This document shows positions 12,170-26,411 of a DNA stretch of 64,000 bases, piece by piece. The stretch is from positions 37,076,001 through 37,140,000 of the forward strand of contig OX597818.1 of assembly GCA_951406725.2 (NCBI GenBank), in the 5' to 3' direction. The number at the start of each line of letters is the position of its first letter. The stretch's first letter is position 1. The stretch is from Octopus vulgaris (lineage: Eukaryota). The translations under genes and the position numbers were made by a program. The notes under the pieces are model-generated. The model was not told the origin of the DNA. It worked only from the letters and a program-made list of their open reading frames with translations, and searched no databases.

Positions 12170-12530
12170 ATATAGAGAGAGATTAAGAGAAGGCTTAGAA
12201 AGAAGGAACCTGTGGAAAATGAAGGAGTGTTGCTTTTTATGTGTATGATTTGTGGGAGGAAATGCTTGAGTCATGCAGGCCTGGTCAGCCATCAGAGAAC
12301 TCATAGGAATCAACCCATTGTAAATTGTGATATGGCTGTTGTTCACAACAGAATATGTGCAACCTGTGGAAATGTGTACCTTGTAGTTGGAGGATTGAAA
12401 AGGCATGTTAGAAGAGTTCATACTGTAACACCTGTTCCTTCTGCCATCCAGCACAGCTGTACATTATTCAATAGAATGTGAAAATCTTTCACCGGGCTCA
12501 AGAGTCATACAAGGGCTTCATATTGCATCA
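12170..12530 (+). mobile_element. RTE LINE C-terminus with three C2H2-like zinc fingers (decayed)
   Basis: CMICGRKCLSHAGLVSHQRTH, CATCGNVYLVVGGLKRHVRRVH and CTLFNRM*KSFTGLKSHTRA. The first matches the RTE C-terminal CxxCxRxCxSxxGLxSHxRxH; no TGEKP linkers. Confidence 0.65.
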
Positions 12531-12649
12531 TCAATGACTCATTTCTGTGATTCTTTCTAGCAATGGCTTTGCTCGTATACGAGAAAGCAGCTGTTCATTC
12601 ATCTTTGCTAAACATTTTCGTTATCGGTCAACTGAGTTCCGATAACGGA

Positions 12650-12850
12650 CAGAGCCAACGACTATTGAAAAGGTTGCAAGACGGAACGAAAATTTTAGTA
12701 AAAATAATAAGTAAATGAGTGGAAATCAGACCTGTGAGTGTGTTAAATTAATAAGGCACTAAAATAGAATGACTCTCCACAGACACAATAAACTATGCTT
12801 CAATTCATGAATTCAAATAGAGAATCTTGCAAACCAAATACAAAAACGAT
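12650..12850 (+). mobile_element. Second copy of the U3-A8 hammerhead pLTR family
   Basis: ACTA TTGAAAA G GTTGC AAGAC GGAAC GAAA ATTT TAGT; downstream sequence is homologous to 7205-7522. Confidence 0.7.
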
Positions 12851-13189
12851 ATATATATCATATTATATTATATTATATTAGAAGTAAAATCAAAATTAAG
12901 GCAGAACGAATATCTCAATCATTTAATGTAATTTAATTTGAAGATACTCGTTTTTAATGACTTGAGATACACGTTCTGCCTTGGTTTTGATTTTCCTCTA
13001 CTATAGTATATACCAGCTATAACGGAACACTAACACACGGATCCTTAGATCCAGCCTTTAGCTGTGATCTTGGAACCTAACGGTCGACCAACTATAGCAC
13101 TTACCCAGTGTACCTATTCGTTTAGATCACAAGTGAACTAAGTCCTTCACATTGTGTATGTGTATCTATTATATATATATATATATATA

Positions 13190-13604
13190 GGCGCAGGAGT
13201 GGCTGTGTGGTAAGTAGCTTGCTAACCAACCACATGGTTCCGGGTTCAGTCCCACTGCGGGGCATCTTGGGCAAGTGTCTTCTGCTATAGCCCCGGGCCG
13301 ACCAATGCCTTGTGAGTGGATTTGGTAGACAGAAACTGAAAGAAGCCTGTCGTATATCTGTATATATATATATATAAGTGTGTGTGTATATGTTTGTGTG
13401 TCTGTGTTTGTCCCCCTAGCATTGCTTGACAGCCGATGCTGGTGTGTTTATGTCCCTGTTACTTAGCGGTTCGGCAAAAGAGACCGATAGAATAAGTACT
13501 GGGCTTACAAAAGAATAAGTCCCGGGGTCGAGTTGCTCGATTAAAGGCGGTGCTCCAGCATGGCCGCAGTCAAATGACTGAAACAAGTGAAAGCGTAAAA
13601 GAGT
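13190..13604 (+). mobile_element. Full-length tRNA-derived SINE, family A
   Basis: GGCGCAGGAGTGGCTGTGTGGTAAG (A box), GGTTCAGTCCC (B box), CORE-like CTTGGGCAAGT, internal (TA/TG)n, and 3' end ...CAAATGACTGAAACAAGT. Confidence 0.9.
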
Positions 13605-14018
13605 ATATATATATATATCCATGTATGTATATCATAGCAATATATTCTATTATCCGGGCAGTTTTCTTTCTACCTGAACGTGACTGATACCCTCGTGTCT
13701 TTGATCACAGGAACCGTAACAAAAGACATGATGTAAGGTGACATCGCTCATATTTACTTTATATCAAAATTTGACACTTTCTCTTTATTCTTTGCTATGT
13801 GTGGACTTAATGTCATAGCTCCAGACAATATATAATTTAGATGAATTATCGTTGAGTACTTTAGTTATTTAAAATATCTCGCTAATAAGGATTACGGCGT
13901 ACACTGTGGGGTATGTATGTGTCGTGTTATTCAGAAAGTACGTTTGTGTGCGTGCGTTCGCACGTGTGTGTGTGCGTGTGTGTGTATACACACTCACCCA
14001 CATACACACACACACACA

Positions 14019-14057
<39 letters not shown>

Positions 14058-14066
14058 GATATAGAT

Positions 14067-14120
<54 letters not shown>

Positions 14121-14177
14121 GTATATATATATGTATATATATACATATATATGTATATATATATATGTATATATATG

Positions 14178-14265
<88 letters not shown>

Positions 14266-15730
14266 CGTGTGTGTGTGTGTACGTCTGTGTTCCGTGTGCG
14301 TGTATATGTGTGTATAGATATACATCATTGACTCTTGCATTTAAACATCAAAGATACCTTGTATAGAAAAATAAAGAACAGCTTACTGAAGTTAATTACT
14401 CAGAGACGCCATAAACATAAAAATCAAGAGTTAAGTAGACGTGAACATATATAATGCAGAGCATCAAATATCTAATTAGAAATACTAATGTTGGGTTTTG
14501 AGGAGAAAATTGACTCAGTGGCTACTTTAATTATGTGAGAAGACAACTCTGTGCATGTTTCGATATATTTAGACCTCCTCAATAAAGCATAAACTCACTA
14601 ACTCACAATTTACCAAAATATAATAGATGGCGTCTCTGGATTATAAACGTGGGGGATTTTCTTGGTTTCTTTTTCAAAAATGTTAATATTAAATGTGTGT
14701 TAACATTAGTGTACGTTAAATTGAACCTGAAACAGTGTATTGTTGAAGTGACACATTTAATCACACCAAAAATTATTTCACATCTGCGCCTACATTAAAC
14801 GACATGTATTTCAAATATATAATGTATAAATTAGTCATTGGTGACAGAAGTAGTATTTGTAGCAAATATTAATTAGAACGCTCAACCTAACACGAATGGG
14901 TTTATAACGCCTTAGATTGCAGTGAACGCACCAAAAAAATAATTTTGTGTAGACGACAAATGCTAAAAAGCATCTCAATTTAATTATCGGTTGACGACAT
15001 TGTCAGTAAACCGGTGGATTGCACTACCGTATCACGTGATTTCACCGTATTGCGAATCATCAGTGACAACTAGCCAAGCTGAATGCCTGATAGAAAATCT
15101 GTCAAACGATATAGATTAATACTGGCCGAACAACCAATGGTGTTGCGGAAAACTGGAGGACTGTATATAAATGAGCTAATAATGACAGAAGCAGCTTTTG
15201 AAATGCATTTGATCTAATCAACGACAACGAAGAGCTGCACAGCAACAAGAGAAGATACTTAAGATGCCCCGAGAAGTGAATACTTGTTATAAGGCAGCAT
15301 TAACGTACATCACAAGGTATGCAAAGTCACTGTAAAAGGAGATTGTAGTATTCGCCCAAACCTACAAGAGGTTATCCTGCGCAAAACAAGAAGTAGAATT
15401 GTTAACGCGTTGCCTGTTCTGTGTATCGTGTGATACAGAGGCTATATTTCTCTTGTGACCAATTGTTTTCAACCACCTGAGTAACTCGGATTTGGAGAAG
15501 AGAAAGCCTTACATTATTCATAACGTATGAAACAAAGACTAAGTAAAAATGTGAAAACAAGCATGGATGTTTAGAACAATCTTATGAAAATGCTTTTGGC
15601 AGGAACCGGGTTAAGACATAGATACTTTAAAACTGGATGAGCTGACAGTTAACCTAAATCGTCCAATAATTCTAAAAGTCATGTAATGAAACAGAACAGC
15701 TACGAGCCCCGTATCATCAGCTTCATCAAG

Positions 15731-16111
15731 TGGAGGCGCAATGGCCCAATGGTTAGGGCAGCGGACTCGCGGTCGGAGGATCGCGGTTTCGTTTCCCAGA
15801 CCGGGCGTTGTGTGGGTTTATTGAGCAAAACACCTAAAGCTCCACGAGGCTCCGGCAGGGGATGGTGGCGACCCGTGTTGTACTCTTTCGTTCCAACTTT
15901 CTCTCACTCTTTCTTCCTGTTTCTTGTCCCCCGACTTCCTACGCAAGCGCTGAGCCTGGATGCGCATTCATCCATCCGTCGTATGCTCTCGGTGTCGCGG
16001 GTTGACCTGCTTTCTCTTCTGCAGGTCTTACGAATAGCAAAAGACCACGTTTCGGACTTCTAGGACGAAGACCGCTTCGCTCAACAAACAAACAATCAAA
16101 CAAACAAACAA
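15731..16111 (+). mobile_element. tRNA-Arg-like SINE (family C head) with (CAAA)n tail and 15-bp TSD
   Basis: Head GGCGCAATGGCCCAATGGTTAGGGCAGCGGACTCGCGGTC (TCG anticodon position). TSD ATCAGCTTCATCAAG at 15716-15730 and 16112-16126. Confidence 0.85.
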
Positions 16112-16614
16112 ATCAGCTTCATCAAGAACCACAATGAGTACAGCATCGAGTACAGACGGACAGAAAAAAAACCCCCAAAAAATACATTTCTAAACGCCAA
16201 TGAAGAAATGACAGGGGGCGAATTGCAATCAGTAACCGATAAAGCATTTTCCCAATAACAAAAGATATCTTAGAATAGGTGTCATATACACCATCATAAT
16301 AATGGCCTGTTCAGTTGCACAGTGTTTACCAGCAGTTCTTTTAACAGATGTCTGTATTAATGCAACTATTTGATTGGTCACTGTCGAATGCAACCGAGGT
16401 TGATAGATAGTATGGAAACTAGCGATGGTACGCATCGATGCTGTGAGAAGGACTGCATTCCGTTGTTTGGTGCAGATTTTAGCTTAGAAGAGGAAAAAAA
16501 ATATGTGGAGTTGAGAAGAAAGAATGGCTAAAGAGAGAACTGAAGGGGGAGAGAGGGAGACGTAGAAAAAGAAAGCAGCAGAGAGACGGTGATGAAGAGA
16601 AAACTAGAGATAGA

Positions 16615-17011
<397 letters not shown>

Positions 17012-17357
17012 TAACTTTATACATACAGATATAACAACGGAGAGGAAAAAAAATTACGAAACCTTCTCACTCATTGAACGAAACAATACTGGTAAAACTT
17101 TTTCGGAAAAATGGTTTTAGTAGTCACTATTTGAGCAAGGAGTGGCTATAGTAATCGATAAGTCTCAATAAACCAATAAATTGATTGACCACAACTACTT
17201 GGTAACAGTTTGATGTACAACAAACTGCTAGCTTCACATAGTCAGACGCTTGAGGCTAGGCTTTTGAATTTTCGCTTCGGTTTTTAGTACGAATATTAAT
17301 GATTTTTCTCATTATTTCTTATCTCTCACCATTCTCCTTATCTCCATGTTTCTCTCG

Positions 17358-17412
<55 letters not shown>

Positions 17413-17511
17413 CCCCACTCTCTCTCTCTTTCTTTCTTTCTTTCTCTCTCTCTCCCTCTCTCTCTCTCTGTATCTTTCTCTCTGTTTATCTTCTGTCTAT
17501 CTATTTCACTT

Positions 17512-17549
<38 letters not shown>

Positions 17550-17566
17550 TCTAATTTGAGACATGC

Positions 17567-17601
<35 letters not shown>

Positions 17602-17817
17602 CATGCACACACACACATACATTCATACATAGGTATGCACATACACATACATATATACTATATATATATATACTATTATATACTATTATAGATAGATAGA
17701 TGGACGGACGGACGGACAGACAGACCGACAGACAGACAGACAGGCAGTCAGGCACACAGACAGACAGACAGACAGTCAGACAGACAGATAGATACTTCCT
17801 GATTGCATGTGTGTGTA

Positions 17818-17876
<59 letters not shown>

Positions 17877-18098
17877 ATTTATATGTATAGTGCATGTACA
17901 GTCGATCAAAGTACCAACAACAACAACAAAATAAGAACGCAAAAACTAAGACTGCACAAAAAAAATTTCAACAGTTGCTTCTTGTCGACAACGTCTTCCA
18001 ACTCACAACATCCAGTTTTCAATTATTGTTACCGTCATACACATGTACATGTACATCAATGTGTTTATATACGTGTGTACGCGTGTATGTGTGATATA

Positions 18099-18139
<41 letters not shown>

Positions 18140-18141
<2 letters not shown>

Positions 18142-18341
18142 TCTTTTACTTGTTTCAGTCATTTTGACTGCGGCCATGCTGGAGCACCGCCTTTAATCGA
18201 GAAACTCGACCCCAAGACTTATTCTTTATAAGCCCAGTATTTATACAATCGGTCTCTTTGCCGAACAGCTAAGTGACGGGGACATAAGCACACCAGCATC
18301 GGCTGTCAAGCAATGTTGGGGGGACAAACACAGAATACAAA

Positions 18342-18430
<89 letters not shown>

Positions 18431-18530
18431 GACGGGCTTATTTCAGTTTACGTCTACCAAATCCACACACAAGGCTTTGGTCGGCCCGAGGCTATAGTAG
18501 AAGACTGAACCACACAGCCACTCCTGCACC

Positions 18531-18583
<53 letters not shown>

Positions 18584-18874
18584 ATCACGTGACCGACCAG
18601 GCCATCAGATGTTGCTACACACATCGCTGGTCACAATGCGCTTCGCATTGTCTTAGCCTTCAATGACGCCACCCCGCTGGCTAAGCGGGCAGGCCAATAT
18701 ATATATAGACATATATGTGTGTATGTATACACTCTTAGACCCCAGAATTTATTCTTTGTAAGCCTACTACTTATTCTCTCGGACCATTTTACTGAACCGC
18801 TAAGTTACGGGGAGGTAAACACACCAACATCGGCTGTCAAGCGATGGTAGGGAAACAAACACAGACACACAAGC

Positions 18875-18939
<65 letters not shown>

Positions 18940-19075
18940 TATACGACGGGCTTTTTTCACTTTCCGTCGACCAAATCCACTCACAAGGCTTTTGTTGGCC
19001 CGAGGCAAGGTGCCACGTACTGGGACTGAATCCGAAACCATGTGGTTGGTAAGCAAGTTACTTACCACAGAGCCC
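18140..19075 (-). mobile_element. Two family A SINE copies (18140-18532 and 18740-19075), both with internal deletions
   Basis: Homology to 13190-13604 on the minus strand. Confidence 0.85.
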
Positions 19076-19151
<76 letters not shown>

Positions 19152-19298
19152 CACACACACATATATATATATATATATACACACATGTATATATGTATAC
19201 ACACACACACATATATATATATACACATATATGTATATATATATACACATATATATATATATACATATATATATACACACATATATATATATACACAC

Positions 19299-19349
<51 letters not shown>

Positions 19350-19366
19350 TATATATATACACACAC

Positions 19367-19425
<59 letters not shown>

Positions 19426-19650
19426 CGCACACACATATATATATACACATATATATATATACATATATATATACACACATATATATTTATATATACACAT
19501 ATATATATACATATATATACACACACATATATACATATATATATATACATATATATATATATACATATATATACATATATATATATACACATATATATAT
19601 ATATACACACACACACGCATATATATATATATATACACACACACACACGC
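19075..19650. repeat. (TA)n/(CA)n microsatellite
   Basis: Direct inspection. Confidence 0.97.
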
Positions 19651-19886
19651 ACATTACATGTAAATACGCCATTATGAACATATATGTGTATGTGTTTGTG
19701 TGTGTGCTCGCGCGTATAGAAATGATTATATGTTCGTACGTATGGAATCCCATACATACAAACTTACACGCACTAACACATACATATAAAGTAATAATAA
19801 TAACAGACAATATTAAAAGAAATATTAAAGCGGTGTAATAATCGGCCTGAAGAAATATTTATTTATTTTAGTGATTCGTTACTACG

Positions 19887-19956
19887 AACTGCAGCATGCT
19901 TCGATCTGCTGCTCTCATCAGAGGAAAAGGTCAGCAGATCGAAACATGCGGCAGTT
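19887..19956. repeat. Short fold-back made of two inverted hammerhead-like fragments
   Basis: Minus: CTGATGA GAGC-AGCA-GATC GAAG CATG. Plus: GGTC-AGCA-GATC GAAA CATG. Confidence 0.55.
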
Positions 19957-20124
19957 TGTCACAAATCATTAAAATATATTCGTAAACAATGTGTATGTGT
20001 ATGTGTATGTATATACATATATATTTATGTATGAACATACATATACATGCATAAAAATACATGCATTTATATATATATATATGCAGAGAGAGAGCGAGTG
20101 AAACAAAGAGATAGACAGAGAATG

Positions 20125-20207
<83 letters not shown>

Positions 20208-20274
20208 CATATACATATATAAATTGTTTTAAATATATAAATATGTACATATACTACTCTCTCTATCTCTATGT

Positions 20275-20307
<33 letters not shown>

Positions 20308-20317
20308 TGAGAGAGTG

Positions 20318-20524
20318 TGTGACCGCGTGTGTATCGTTGGCGATTTTCTTTCTCCGTCTTCCCTTCCTTGAACCTTTCCTTTTTCTATGTTTCTGACGAA
20401 GAGCTTCGCTCGAAACGTTAAATCCTCCTTCTTTCTTTCCTTTCCTGAGCGTCCAATAACACTATACTTGTTCCACGTCCTCGCATTGTTGTGTTTTCTC
20501 TTTGTTCATGTTTGGATTAACTAT

Positions 20525-20525
<1 letters not shown>
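20318..20525 (+). mobile_element. Penelope-like pLTR with canonical minimal hammerhead (20389-20423)
   Basis: GTTT CTGACGA A GAGC-TTC-GCTC GAAA CGTT AAAT; same family as 1365 and 43620. Confidence 0.8.
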
Positions 20526-20595
<70 letters not shown>

Positions 20596-21489
20596 GAGAC
20601 AGACAGACAGACAGACAGAAAATGCACATACAGGCGCGTGAAGACGCGTGGCCTACTGGTTAAGGAGTTGCACTCATGATTAGTAAATCATTTCACGACG
20701 CTCGCTCTGCGTCGATAGAAATGCTTTACAGTTTCCTACATTCTGAGTTCAAATCCCACGAGAAATCACTCAAGAGTTCATCTCAAATTTAGTTATGGTG
20801 GCCAAATTTCCAGCAAACTAATTAAACGGTGACAGCGGAAGGTACGGGTGTCCCCAGGTCGTATAGAGAGTGCTGGAGGAGGTTCACATGCACAGGATCT
20901 GCTCAAAAGCAGACCAACCCTAGATTAGACGATGTGTGTTTGTGTGTGAGTGTATGTGTGTGCGTAACATGTGTGTGGATGTCTGTGTGTTGTTGCACGC
21001 GCTTTTCAGTCGGAGTGCACAGAAACTATTGATGGTCTTTGCTGGCAAAAATTAATCTACGAAGTCTTCGTTGGAAAATTTGAAAAAGATTGATTCGCTG
21101 TGACAAGTGAAGAAGCTGAATACATGAAACCAAATCTCTTTTTGCTGAGAGCCAGTTTAGAAGACATTGCTTTCGTCACAATTTTCCGGATCCGAAAATG
21201 AAATTTGTGAAGAAGTGATGTGGAGTCGTTGATGCGGAGAGAGAGAAGGAGGTTATAATGAGAGACAGTTTATAATGATGATGAGAGAAAGCTTATCGAA
21301 GATGGGGGTGAAAATAGAAGGGGAACTTTGTGAGGGAAGGAAGATAAGTGCGTCAGCGACGCTGTCAAAATTTGTTGCAAGATCAAGGTCAGTTAAAATA
21401 ACAGAAGTCATTTTAAGAGGTAGGTTAATGACAATGCATGAGAAAAGAGTCGATAAACAAAACGACACATACACGAATAACATGATAGA

Positions 21490-21680
21490 TCGTTAGCCAC
21501 TACACACATTTTTGTCTCTCCTTGTTTCTCTCCTTGTCTTTTCTGTGTCCCTTTCTGTAGAAGTGCGTAGGCTCGAAACGTAAAAGACTTTTTCTATTCC
21601 TGAGCGTTATACTAATACATCTGTTTGTTTTGTACACCACCTGACTTCGTCTTTTGTTGTTTTTTTTTCGTAAACTCCCC
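21490..21680 (+). mobile_element. Penelope-like pLTR with mutated hammerhead (21551-21586)
   Basis: CTTT CTGTAGA A GTGC-GTAG-GCTC GAAA CGTA AAAG, followed by CCTGAGCG. Confidence 0.7.
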
Positions 21681-21825
21681 CCATACACAATAACAAAGCG
21701 GCTAACACTCAGAAGGTGGAAGGGGAGAAAAGGAATAGCATGAATTAGCAAAGAACTGACGTCAGTAAGCGTTGAAATCGGCTGGAGACAAAGAATTAAG
21801 CTAGCGATGGTACGCATCGATGCTA

Positions 21826-22125
21826 TATACTACACCTTCCACTGATTTCAAAAGACGGTCCGTAGTTCATGCCACTTCATTTGCTAACATCATGCACAAA
21901 TCTTTCACCACGTTAGCAGATTGTATCCATTATCTCAAGGCTAATAACATTTCCTATAATGTTAACTGTTCAATTATTAGAACTGGGAGATCTTACCAAG
22001 GTGGTTGCATTGTATGCAATCTGTTCAGCAGGGAATGTCTGGAAATTACATCAGAAAAGGGGTCTGCTCTTTAATAAACAGTATGATGCAATTACACTCT
22101 GCCGGCATCGATTTTTAAAACGTTT
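21826..22125 (+). mobile_element. Penelope-like GIY-YIG endonuclease C-terminal fragment
   Basis: TDFKRRSVVHATSF...TTLADCIHYLK...YQGGCIVCNL..RECLEI...FNKQYDAITLCRHR fits the PLE endonuclease pattern FKxRxxxHxxSF...TxLS..IWxLK...CxLCxxEK...LNxRxE...CRH. Confidence 0.8.
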
Positions 22126-23397
22126 ACTTTTTACCATACATCAGTATATTCCAACTATCTTGAATAACTATAAACCTGTTTTTCAATCTGACATCCTCGA
22201 CCTAGTATTTATATGTCACCCTTGATCTATTTACATAGATCAACTGGACCTAATTAGAATTATGACATACCTTTTCTTATAATACTTTAAAGTCTTTAAA
22301 TTTTTGTTCATAGGTATATAATGATCGTTTTTATTGTACTTTCTTATACATTTACGAATTCACTTTTTATTCTTTTTGATCCTATTCGCTTATTTTCTCA
22401 TTCCCCGTTTTTATATTTTGTTACATTTTCTCGCGGCTCCAGTTTTGACCACACGCTTGGATGCTTATGCTATATTACAGCCGCCGAAAGGTCATTTGCC
22501 TCTCGCATAGCAGGAGGTTCTTAGCTTGCTTGCTCCCTCTTTTCTTTCTTTCTTTTACTGAATTCTTTTTGATCTTACTTCTGTACTCTATTTTTCACAA
22601 AGTTAGATTTATGATATGTTTTTACAAGTCTAAATCTAACCGACTATGTGACCCTTTCATCTATTCTCTGCTTTCTTTCCTTTCTTTTTTTCCTATACTT
22701 GTTTCTATACACATACTTATCTCTCCCCTATTCTCTCTTCCTCACTTTTACTCACATGTTCTCGCTTTTGATCTCATAGCCTTTCTTCCTCATGATTTCA
22801 TGCTAATCCCTCGCTTCCTTCGTTTCTTTATCGATGTTTCTATGTTCTTAAATATCGGTTTACTACTATAAAATTTGCATTTTGCAACGCATCCTTCAGA
22901 AGAAAAAATTTGGTGCTTCAATGCTCCCAGCTCAAACATATTTAAGTATCAAGTTTAGGCATTGATAATAATTTCTATTTATTTGATGTGTATTATTGCA
23001 TCAGCATGTACAACTGCTTGCGCAATCCCTATTATTGCATCGACTAACAACCAAACTTTTAAAACAGCTGTAAAGACCAAACGAGGTCTGCATTTTTTTC
23101 ATAATATATGCGTTCGTTTACACAGCATCTTTTTTATAAATGACGTAATACCAATTATGAGTGTTTGACCATCTTTTGTTTATGTTTGTGAATGGCCGTG
23201 TGCTACTGACATATTTCTATTTTTAATATTATATGTCTACAAGAGATGCTTTTCCGAGACGAATATCGCAGTTTAGCAGGCTTTCAACAATATATCTGCT
23301 TTAAGTATGAGATACAGGTTGCCATTTTTAGCTAATACTTCTTCCGTCGCTAAAATGAATTTGTATTGAGCCTTTTTACTATATCAGTAGCGGTCGA

Positions 23398-23925
23398 AGG
23401 CGGCGAGCTGGCAGAAACGTTAGCACGCCGGGCGAAATGCGTAGCCGTATTTCGTCTGTTGTTACGTTCTGAGTTCAAATTCCGCCGAGGTCGACTTTGC
23501 CTTTCATCCTTTCGGGGTCGATAAAATTAAGTACCAGTTACGCACTGGAGTCGATGTAATCGACTTAATCCCTTTGTCTGTCCTTGTTTGTCCTTCATTG
23601 TCCTCGTGGATTAGGTGTTAAGTGTGTTCGGCTCATGGTCGTATGGTCGTACGATCTATTCTTGGCGGTGTATTGCGTTCTTGAGCGTGACACTTTATTT
23701 CACTTTGCTCCAGTCCACTCAGCTGACAAAAAGGAGTTGTATTTGTAATTTAAAGAGGTCAACCGTGTCACATTGTGTGTTAAGCTGAATATCCATAAGA
23801 ACTACAGTAAGAGCACACGTGTCTGTGGAGTGCTCAGCCACTTGCACATTAATTTCACGAGTAGGCTATTCCGTTGATCAGATCACCTGGAACCTTCGCT
23901 GTTGTAATAAACAGAGTGCCGGTTA
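23398..23925 (+). mobile_element. Family B SINE (23398-23600) joined to a family C SINE (about 23605-23925)
   Basis: GGCGGCGAGCTGGCAGAAACGTTAGC...GAGTTCAAATTCC...GCCTTTCATCCTTTCGGGGTCGATAA, then a C-type head. Confidence 0.8.
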
Positions 23926-24049
23926 ATTGTATAACTGGTGTTGCTTTCATCCTTACGAAGGAAAACCTCATTTGTTTAATGAGAAGCAGTGCTGGAAACT
24001 GTATATCCACCCCGTGATACGGAGGAGGACTTTGTGGTCTTCTTCCATA

Positions 24050-24375
24050 AAGGAGGGACAGTGGGGCGCTTTGTCAAGAAGCTCAAAACGAAGGGTCAAG
24101 AAGCTCAAAACAGAGGACCCTGACAAATCTTCGCAGGAGGCTGCGATGGTCATGAGGAAGAACGACCTGTTTAGGATAATGGACTCCTTCCCCAACGATA
24201 CCAACAGATTTATGGTAAATTGGCCCGACTTGGAGCCGTCCAGGTGTTTAGCTGAGGCGAGAAGTCTGGTTGGGCAGGAATATTGTTTCATTGATTCATA
24301 AATGGACTTGTGTAAGAGGTTTATTGCCTCACAATGGCTTTGTGTGTCGTAAATGTAAGAGCTCTATTACCTCCT
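24050..24375 (+). mobile_element. Highly decayed RTE-like RT fragment
   Basis: KNDLFRIMDS...RFMVNWPDLE..CL and GRNI...IHK..CVRGLL...GFVCRKC resemble the RTE ADDL...WKxxLE segment followed by a Cys-rich insert. Confidence 0.4.
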
Positions 24376-24848
24376 TAATGTGTTATGTATGTATGTATGT
24401 ATGTATGTATGTATGTATGTATGTATGTATGTATGTATGTGTGTGTGTGTGTGTATGTATGTGTGTGTATGTGTGTATGTATGTATGTATGTATGTATGT
24501 ATGTATGTATGTATGTATGTATGTATGTATGTATGTATGTATGTGTGTATGTATGTATGTGTGTATGTATGTATGTATGTATGTGTGTATGTGTGTATGT
24601 ATGTATGTGTGTATGTATGTATGTGTGTATGTATGTATGTGTGTATGTATGTATGTGTGTATGTATGTATATGTGTATGTATGTGTGTATGTATGTATGT
24701 GTGTATGTATGTATGTTTGTATGTATGTATGTATGTGTGTATGTATGTATGTATGTATGTATGTATATATGTATGTCATTTAGTTTTGTTTCAAGATTTC
24801 TTGCCAATACATACATACATACATACACACATACATTCATGCATGCAT

Positions 24849-24995
24849 GCATTTTGCCACACAAGCAGGAGAACCCAGTCGTGGCTGTCAGACAATGTCT
24901 GCGACCACATCACCCCTAAAATCTGGCCACCTAACTCCTCAGACTGCAAAACTCTTGATTACTATGTGTGGGTGCAGTTGAGTGAGAGACCATCC
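24849..24995 (+). mobile_element. maT/DD37D-like transposase fragment
   Basis: CHTSRRTQSWLSDNVCDHITPKIWPPNSSDCKTLDYYVW; spacing is consistent with D37D. Confidence 0.75.
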
Positions 24996-25658
24996 TAACT
25001 ACTAGTAAAACCAAGTTTATCATTTAAATATATATGAGCATGTTTAGATATGTAACTATATGCATGAGAATACATACATACATACATACATACATACATA
25101 CATACATACATACATACATACATACATACATACATACATACATACATACATACAAAAATATTTTGTTGTTGATGTTGAAATTCCAATGAGGAGCTTTGGA
25201 TCTATGCTAGGAACCGGTTCTTTCTCTATAGGCAAAGAAATCTTGAAATAAACTGAATAATGACATACATATGTATATATGTGAATTTGTCAGCGTACAA
25301 CACAAACTTCTAACATTGCTAGAACAAAACAAATTCTATTTTATGATGTCCAGACAATTTGTGCTGTTGATTAACTAATTATCGTCAGTATTATTTTCGG
25401 ATTATTCTCATGGAAATAATGTTTGTAAAGAACGACCTAGATTAGAGAGGTTCTGCTCGTTAAAGTACCAATAGCATGAATCCATAAGAACCATTAACGA
25501 GCGTACATCAAGAGATTATATACCACTGATGTTACATTGAATGCATTAACGTATACACATACATATATATTTACATACAAAATACATATACATGCATACA
25601 TATATATATATATATACAACCCACACATACACACAAATACATACATATATATATATAC

Positions 25659-25718
<60 letters not shown>

Positions 25719-25929
25719 GTGTGTATGTGTGTATGTATGTATGTACGTATGTATGTATGTATGTATGTATGTATGTATGTATGTATGTATGCATAAATAT
25801 GCACCAAACATCAATTTCTAGAAAGAATAAGCGAAGTAAAGTTACGTAGCAACACCAAATGGCAATGCCCCAGCATGAGCTCATGAGCAGAGCAGAAACT
25901 AGATCAAATCAAATCAAATCAAATCAAAT

Positions 25930-26350
25930 CACACAAGATGCGATGGGTAAATTGTCGCCATTTTTTATCTTACACACGTGCATTGTGGTTGTTTCTTTAT
26001 TTTATCGACTACACAGTATAGTAGGGTCGGTTGGGCACCGTCTGTGAGAAAAACAGTATCATGACGCAATTCACTCACCAAAAATTTGGAAACGATATGC
26101 TGTACTGCTTGGCATCCGCGCCGGAAGCTCCAATACAAATATTTCAGAGTGCTTGGGTGTCAATCTGAGGATAGTGCGCATGATTCGGAAAGAGTCGGAT
26201 GAGTCTAATGGTGATAACGAAGGTATGGCAGCTCGGAAAACTCACTCTGATCGTTCTGATGAGAAAAGAACTCTTAAATTTGCTGGTGAGATCCAAGCCA
26301 TGATTGACAACCATCCCTCCATGTTAATCAGGTCTATCGCCAGGGACATA
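25930..26350 (+). mobile_element. Tc1/mariner-superfamily transposase N-terminal (HTH) fragment
   Basis: KRYAVLLGIRAGSSNTNISECLGVNLRIVRMIRK...KRTLKFAGEIQAMIDNHPSMLIRSIARDI, a bipartite HTH pattern. Confidence 0.7.
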
Positions 26351-26371
26351 TCCAAAAAAAATTAATCAAGT

Positions 26372-26411
<40 letters not shown>

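Noticed and set aside
12212-12481. Host C2H2 zinc-finger gene
   Set aside because: No TGEKP linkers, RTE-type finger wording and an in-frame stop; treated as a LINE relic.
18992-19838. Tyr/Ile-rich ORFs (also 13917-14366, 24270-24998 and 44412-45300)
   Set aside because: Artefacts of (TA)n and (TATG)n repeats.
22215-22250. Hairpin TTGATCTA..TAGATCAA after the GIY-YIG fragment, a possible pLTR ribozyme relic
   Set aside because: Neither CUGANGA nor GAAA is recoverable.
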